Shown here piece by piece: positions 52,087 to 58,799 of a stretch of 58,799 nucleotides of DNA. Source of the stretch: Cyanophora paradoxa CCMP329 (taxonomy: Eukaryota; Plantae; Glaucophyta). Below the pieces are notes generated by a model, which was not told the DNA's origin, made no database searches, and worked only from the letters and a program-made list of their open reading frames with translations. The stretch is from assembly GCA_004431415.1 (NCBI GenBank), contig QPMI01000337.1:1-58799 (forward strand), written 5' to 3'. A program made the translations under genes and the position numbers. The stretch's first letter is position 1. Every line of letters starts with the position of its first letter.

Positions 52087-53896
52087 ATGAGCTTTTTTGT
52101 GACCCAGCGCGAACGGGTCGGATAGTGAGTTCCGGGCGTCGCCGCGCCGATGCGGGTTGCCTTTGCGCGTTACTGATCTGTGCGTCCGCTTTCCTCCTCG
52201 TCCACAGCCGCGACTAGTGCGTCCAGCGCTCAGCCCTTTTCCGAAGGCGCCCTTCAAAGCTAACGCTGACGGCTGCTTTCGTCGCACAGTGATCGTATAC
52301 CAAATGACCAGGTCGTCCCATTGCCTCCCCTCGTCGACCTGGGGGAGCAGCAGGTCCAGCCGGCCCTCCGCCTCCGACCGGAGCGGACAAAGCTGACGCC
52401 GCACGGCGCAGACGTCGCAGTCCACGCTGCTCCTCCAGAAGAAGAAGGAGATGGCAGAGGTGCAGGAGGAGCTAGACAGGAAGAAGGAGGAGTTCAAGGA
52501 GCGTATGCGCCGCTGCCAAGCCAAGGAGGAGGAGCTGGCGAAAAAGGTGCCCGCTTGCGGGCCTAGAGAGCGGCTACGCGTTGCTCAGTCGCTTGCGCTG
52601 CGCAGCAACAACAAATACGAGAGCAAGTGATCAAGTTCGAGAAGTTCCTGAAGGAGAACGACGCGAAGCGGATGCGGGCGCACAGGAAAGCGGCGGAGGA
52701 GATCAAGCTGCGGGAAGCGAAGGTACCGCCAGAGCCGGCGGCGCGCGCGGCGCGGCTGACGCGGGGGCGGGGCAGGAGCTGGAAATCATCGAGCTGGAGG
52801 AAAGCCTGCGGGAGCTGATCCACAACAAGGAGCAGATGGCTCGCATGCTCGGTGCGAGCCGGCGCGCGACAGGGGCGTGCGGGGCATCGGGGCGTGGGGG
52901 TGCGAGGCGGGGCGGGCGCAGAGAAGATGATGAAGTACCAGCGCTACCTGGAGTCGGTCGTGCAGCACGCCGCCGACGAGTTCCCCGAAGTGCAGGACGG
53001 TGCCCGGCGCTCCGGCGGCGCGCGGGGCGGGGCGGGGCGCGACGCGGGGCGGGGCGGGGCGGGGCGCAGTGCTGGCGCGGTACGCGACGCTCTCCGGGGC
53101 GAACACGGACCTGACGGCGGGGGTGCAACGGGACATGGACACGATGGAGCAGCAGCGCGCGAAGCTGGCGAACTTCATCAAGGAGAAGCAGAACACGCTG
53201 CTGGTGTCGAACAGCGAGATCGCGGAGCTGCAGATGAAGCTGGAGGCGCGCAAGGCCGAGGTCGCCCGCTTCGACCAGCAGGCCCTCCTCAAGGAGAGCG
53301 ACGCCAACAACCGCGTCCGCCGCCCCCGCCCCCGCCCCCGCTTCCCCCCCCCGCCGTGCCCGGCCGACCGGCTGCCTGCGGGGCGGGGCAGAACCGGCTG
53401 CTGGGGGAGATCAAGATGAGCATCATGAACGTGTACGGGCGGTGCCAGTTCCGGCAGCCGCTGGAGGGGGATGCCTCGCTCGTGGCCTACCTCGAGCAGA
53501 TCAAGCAGCGCCTCCTCGACATGCAGGACATCTGCGAGAACCGCGCCCGCTTCAAGATGCCCCCGGCCCGCCCCCGCCCCCGCCCCCCCGCCCCCCGCCC
53601 CCCTGCCTCGAGCTGCCCGCTGACCGCGCGCCGCGCAGGCCGCCGCCTTCGCCGCGGCTCAGGCCGCGCAGGCGGCCGCCGCGCGGCCCGACGCGCGCGG
53701 GGCCCCGGGGCGCAGCCGCGGGCCCCCGGGGCGACGAAGAAGGCCAAGTGCGTGTGGGGCGGGGGCGGGGGCGGGGCGGGGCCGGGGCGTGGGCCGACGG
53801 GTCGGGGGCAGGGCGCCGGCGTCGGCGAAGGAGCTGGGGAGCAGCCTGGACTCGGACGGGCTCTCCTTCCTCAAGGAGAGCCCCCGGATATCATAG
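52087..53896 (+). CDS. CCDC42/CFAP73 (DUF4200) ciliary coiled-coil protein
   Basis: TLLLQKKKEMAEVQEELDRKKEEFKERM, IKFEKFLKENDAKRMRA, YQRYLESVV, EFPEVQDVLARYATL and LLGEIKMSIMNVY. TAG at 53896. Confidence 0.88.
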
Positions 53897-54301
53897 CGCA
53901 GCCCCCCGCCCCGCCCCGGCCCCCGCCCCGCCCTCCTCCCCGCTCCCCTCCTGCCCCGCGACACCGCCCCGCGCCCCTCCCCGCGCGCACCTGCCCGCCC
54001 AGCACCCCTCGACACTCCACTCAGCTGTGCCCCTCCGCACCCTCCCACGCCGCACGACCCGCCTCCCCGACTCGCTTTTGCCCCCTCGATCCCCTGCCTG
54101 TCGATCCGTCTCCAGCTCAAACACCCCTGTCTCGCCGCTCGGCTCTGATCATGATCGCCACCGCGGCGGGATCGAGCGCGGCCCCCGCTGCTCGGCCCCC
54201 GGCGCCGCGCCGGTGCAGGTATCATGCGATTCGTTCAACGAGGCAGGGACGTCCCCTGCTCTCCAGCTGCCAGGTTTGGGGTGAAGCGGGGCGGGGCGGG
54301 G

Positions 54302-56945
54302 CTAGGCGACGGAGGGTGTGCCGAGGGCGAGGGGCAGGGGCCGGGCGTCGGGGCCGGAGTAGAAGAGGAGGGCGGTGGCGTCGCGGGCGGCGGGGCCGGG
54401 GGCCGGCCGCTCGAGGGCGAGGGCCTCGGCGACGACGAGCGCCGCGTCGCCGGCCGCGTGCGCCGCCAGCGCCCGGCACGAGAGCTCCGCCAGCGCGCCC
54501 CGGCCCCCGCAGCCGCACCCGGAAGGCGGCCCCGGGGGCGGCGCAGGCGGGGCGGCGGGGAGGCGGCGGGAGGGCGAAGGAGAGGAGGGGCGGGTCGAGG
54601 GAGAGGAGGGTGAAGGCGTCGGCGAGGGCCGGCGGGGCCGCCTCGGGGGCCCCCCGGCGGGGAGGAGCTCGGCGTGCGGCCGCGGCACGCGCGCCGCGAG
54701 GTCGGCGACGGAGAGGGGCCCACGGGGAGGGGCGCCGGCGGGCCCTCGAGGGGCGTCGGGGCGCGGCAGGCGCGGGCGTGCCAGAGGGCGGGAAGGGGCG
54801 GCGGGGTCGGCGGGGCGGCGCTCGGCGGAGAGGACGCGGGCGAGGACGAGGGCGTGGTCGCCGCCCGGCAGCAGCCGCTCGACGCGGCAGACGAGCGTGG
54901 CGAAGGGGCCGCGCAGCAGCGGCGCCCCCGTCTCGGCGTCCGTCTCGTGCTGGAGGCCCTCGAACTGGCGCCCCGCGGGGCCGGCGAAGCGGGCGGCGAG
55001 GGGCCCCTGGTCGGGGGCGAGGAAGTGGAGGGCGAGGGGGAGGGGCTCGGGGCGCGGCTCGGAGAGGAGGGCGTGCATGGCGGAGCCGCGGGCGACGTTG
55101 AAGGAGGCGAGGGGCGCCTCCCCCGCGTGCACCGCCACGCTGTTCGCCGTGATCGCGTGCGGCCCCGCCCCGCCCGCCCCGGGCGCCGTGATCACCGCCA
55201 CCGGCAGCGGCACGGAGCGCATGAGCTCGCGCAGCTGGTCCCCGCGCACGCCGGCCGGGGGCGCGGGCGGGGCGGCCGGCGGCTCGGCGATCGCCTGGAG
55301 GACGGCCGGCGAGGAGCGCGAGTAGAGGACGTAGCCGAAGACGCGCTCGGGCATCTGCCCGCGCAGCTGGGGGCCGGCAGCGGGGTGAGGGGCGGGGCGG
55401 GGCGGGGCGGGGCGGGGGGGCGGCACCCGCTCGAGGAAGTCGCGGGCGGCGGTGTCGGAGTCGAAGGTCATGGCGGCGGTGGCGAGGGCGTCCGCGAGGG
55501 CGCAGGAGGAGGCGAGCACGGTGGCCGAGGCGACCGAGGTGGCGGTCGCCTTCATCGCCGCCCCGCGGCGCGGGTCGAAGACGTGGTAGTAGCCGAACTT
55601 GTAGAGCTGCTGGTAGTCCCCCGAGGTCGCCGCCGCCCGCCCCCGCAGCGCCACGTCCGCCAGCATCCGCCGCTCCCCGGGCGCCACCCCGGCCCCCTTC
55701 CACCGGTCGAAGAGCGCCTCCAGCGGGGGCGGGCAGAGGACGGCCGTGCGCCAGTCGCGCCCGGCGGGGTGGCGCCCGGCGGCGCGCATGTCGCCGGCCC
55801 AGTCGACGAGGGCGTCCTCGAAGCCGGCGGCGCCGAGGCGCTCGACGAGCATGTCCACCGCCAGGCCCTTGGCGACGGCCCCGAGGTCGAGGGAGACCCC
55901 GGGGGCAGCCTTCGTCGCCACCCCCTCCTCCGACACCGCCAGCTTCGCCATCCCCACGAGCCCCGCCGCCGTCGCCGCCTCCTCCGGCGTCGGCTTCACG
56001 CCCCGCTCGAGCTTCTCCAGCCAGGCGCGCCGCAGGGGCCCGACGGTCGGGTCGAAGCGGCCGCCCGTGAGCTTGTGGAGCTCGCGGCAGAGGGCGAGGA
56101 GCTGCTGGAGGGGGCGGGAGAGCTGGAGGGGGGCCTTGCCGGCGGCGGCGTTGAGGCGGGAGGCCTCGGAGGCGGGGTTCCACGTGTTGAAAGTGGCGTC
56201 CACCTCGGAGAAGACCTCCTCGACGAGCCGCTCCAGCGCCGGGCGCGCCGCCTCCCCGGCCGCCACCATCACCTTGTACTCCAGCGTCATCGCCCGCCCC
56301 CGCAGCACCACCAGCCGCGGGTCCCCCGCCCCCTCCGTGAACTCGTCCCCGGGGATCATCGCCGGCAGCGCCGCCGCCGCCCCCGCCGCTGCCGCGCGCG
56401 TCGGCCCCCGCCGGCGCCGGGGCGCGGGCGCGGGCGGCGCACGCTTGGGCTTGGGCTTGAGGGAGCCGAAGTAGTCGTCCACCGAGGGGCGCGCCCCGCC
56501 CCCGGCCCCCGCGAACGACGCCATCGACTGCCCGCCGTCAGCATCCCCCCGCCCCGCCGGCGGCGCGCCGCACGCGACGCACCATCGAGTCCATCGGCCG
56601 CTGCTTCTGCGCCGCCGCGGCGGCTGGCGCTGCCGCCGGCTTCGGCACCGGGGGCGCCGCGGATGCGAAGGGCCTCCCCGCGCCATAGGCCGTCCCGTTC
56701 TGCGCGCCGTTCGACGTGCCGCCAGACACGCCGTTCGCCGCCGTTGGCTTAACAGAGCCGTTCGCCGCCGCCGCCGCCGCCGCCGCTGCCGGGCGCGCGG
56801 GAGAGCTGCTGGAGGCCACGGGCAGAGACTGCATCACGCCGTTGCTGTCTGCCTTGGCGGCGTGCGGCGGACGTGTTCCGTGCGCGGGCGGAGTCGCGAG
56901 TTGAGCGCTTCCGGCGCTGGCTTCCTTGCTCACCTCGCAGCCCAT
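54302..56945 (-). CDS. fusion protein: MGC acylation signal + ApbE FAD:protein FMN transferase + two flavin-reductase-like split-barrel domains
   Basis: ApbE motifs GRAMTLEYKV, FNTWNPASEASRLN, TGGRFDPTVGPL, LDLGAVAKGLAVD, LVDWAGDMRAAG, ATSGDY, YHVFDPRRG and ADALATA. Flavin-reductase motifs LRELMRSVPLPVAVIT..ITANSV..LAARFA..GAPLL..LVCRV..GGDHALVLARV. Second degenerate copy AFTLLSLDPPLLSFAL..LSCR..AGDAALVVAE..LLFYSG. Confidence 0.88.
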
Positions 56946-57448
56946 CGGCTGCAGGGTGCGAGAATGGCTACGCCCGGGGTTGTTCTCCACCTTCGATGCG
57001 CTGAAGGATGGCTGGCCCTCGAGCTCGCCGGGGCAGCAAGCCCAACAAGGCAGACGAGGCGACGCCGTTGCTCTAATGACGCGCGCAGAGCTGGCGTGGC
57101 CGGTGCGCTCAGACGCCGGTTTCCATCACCAGCGTCCAAGGCCGCGAGGAGTTCGGCTGCAGCGCTAGCCCGCGGCGAGGAGCTTGCAGCCTGTTACAGA
57201 AGTCGCAAGGCTCCCGCAAGCGATGCTCTGCGTACAAGTATCTGTGGGCCCGGGGGGTGTTGTAGTTTGGTTCGGCAAAAAAAAGGCACGCGCTTCTTGG
57301 GTACGTCGGCAACGCAGCTTCCCCCCCCCCCTCTCCGACTTCGTCGCGCAAGCCTTAACTTGATCATGAATCTCTATCTCAATGTAAACGCGAATTCAAC
57401 TGCAGAAGGAACTGATGGGCACGAGGGGGGCGCGGGGCGCCTCTATAG

Positions 57449-58799
57449 CTAGGTGGAGGTGAGGTTCTCGGCGCCGTAGAGGACGGTGGCCTTCTTGATG
57501 GAGTCGCTGTTGGAGAGCTTGGGGAGCACGTCGCGCCCCTCCGTCACGTAGCCGAACACCGCGTAGTTCCCGTCCAGCAGCCGCGACGTGAAGTAGTCCC
57601 CGCTGTACAGGTAGATCATGAACTCCGACGAGGCCCCGTTCGCGTCCCCCTCCGGCCTGCCCACGCCCCACGCCCCCCCGTCAGCCCCCGGGCGGCGGGC
57701 GGGGCGGGGCGGGCGGGGCGGGGGCACCGTGTCATGGCGACGGCGCCGTAGGCCCCGAAGGGGAGGACGACGTCCTTCTGGTCGTCGGAGAGGCCGGCCT
57801 CGTCCAGCGTCCGCCCGTAGATCGGCGTCAGGAACTCCCGCACCCGCACCTCCAGCGGGATCTGCCGCACCGCCTTCGTCGCCGGGTCCACGAACCCTGC
57901 CCGCCCCGCCCCGCTGGAACCGCGGCGGCGCGGCGGCGCGGCGGGGGGTGAAAGAGGGGAGGGGGAGGGGCATGGAGGGGCGGGGCGGACCGGGCTCGCC
58001 GGAGGCGGGGCGGCCGGAGGTGAGGATGCTCTGGCGGGGGAAGGCGCCGAAGGGGAGGCCGTCGTAGAAGCCGCGCTTGGCGAGGTCCACGAAGTTGCCG
58101 GCCGTCACCGGGGCGTTGTACCCGTCCGCCACCACCGTGAAGGCCCCCTGCGTGGTCTCCACGCGCACGGCGGCGCGCCCCTGCGGGCGGCGCTCGGGCG
58201 GGGCGGGGCGGGGCGGGGCGTGCGGGGGGCGGGGCGGGCCTTGAGGTAGGGGAGGCCGGCGTAGCGCGGCATCTTCTTGTAGGGCCACCCGGCACCATCA
58301 GCTCCTGCCCGCCCCGCCCCGCCCCGGCCCCTCAGCCCCCCGCCCCTCCCGCGCGGCCGGCCGGCGGGGCGCTGCGGGGCGGGCCTCGAGCTGGGAGAGC
58401 TTGTCGAGGGCGCGCTGCTCGGTCGGCACGATCGAGTCCCCAGCTTCTGCTCCGCCTGCGCCCCGCCCGCCCCGCTCCAGCCCGCCCCCCGCCCCGCGCG
58501 GCGCTGCGGGGGCGGGGCGGGGCGCACGGCGTAGTAGATGGCCTGGATGTCGTCCCTGCGCGGGGGCCGCGGGGTCAGCCGGCCCGGGGCCGCGCATGGG
58601 AGGGGCGGGCCGGGGCGCGCCGGATCTCGTCGACGAGCTTCGCCGCCTCCATCTGCTTCTCCCGCCCCGCGATCCCCAGCAGCGCTGCCCCCGCGCCCGT
58701 CGGCCCCGCCCGCCCGCCCCGCGAGCCGCCCGGCCCCGCGCGGCCGGGACGCACCCTGGCCCTCCTTCTGGTTGATCACCTTGGACGCGTTCTGCGCCG
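57449..58799 (-). CDS. thylakoid lumen cyclophilin CYP38/TLP40-like (5' end outside the window)
   Basis: LPYLK|GRAAVRVETTQG, VADGYNAPVTAGNFVDLAKRGFYDGL, GFVDPATKAVRQIPLE, VLPFGAYGAVAM, NGASSEF, LLDGNYAVFGYVTEG and GAENL, preceded by a helical domain. Confidence 0.88.

Noticed and set aside
54500-54670. Two compensating frameshifts in the second flavin-reductase domain, with similar shifts in the Vps39-like, LRRC45 and CYP38 genes
   Set aside because: They fall in or near G/C homopolymer runs and are most simply explained as sequencing or assembly indels. Not accepted as programmed frameshifting or pseudogenisation without reads.

Overview
Gene-dense, very GC-rich, intron-rich eukaryotic nuclear DNA containing about 23 spliced protein-coding genes. 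The six-frame ORF track is largely misleading because most exons are short and separated by roughly 55-70 nt introns, so I reconstructed the genes by hand through GT/GC-AG junctions. In order: the 3' end of an unknown gene, GCH1, TMEM143/DUF3754, WDR83, a beta-helix protein, a PsbP-like lumen protein, PP4R3/SMEK, TPPP/p25alpha, NADH-cytochrome b5 reductase, Rab1, an orphan, DPE2, a Vps39/TGFBRAP1-like protein, a MORC (GHKL+CW) protein, Sec23, two orphans, Vps54, LRRC45, IFT57, ARP6, CCDC42/CFAP73, an ApbE-flavin reductase fusion and a partial CYP38-like cyclophilin. A plastid transit peptide starting MAF with no ER signal peptide, together with flagellar genes, points to a glaucophyte such as Cyanophora (inference). 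The most unusual observations are: (1) an acylation-signal + ApbE flavin transferase + tandem flavin-reductase fusion; (2) a strong C-rich/G-rich oscillation through gene bodies, phased with introns and imposed on synonymous codons; (3) intergenic DNA packed with nested micro-palindromes, including one insertion that looks like a captured template-switch event; (4) very frequent GC-AG introns with GYSCGC-type donors; (5) a MORC protein with a possible C-terminal SPOC-like domain. Family assignments come from recalled motifs, not database searches, and exon boundaries are hand-derived.
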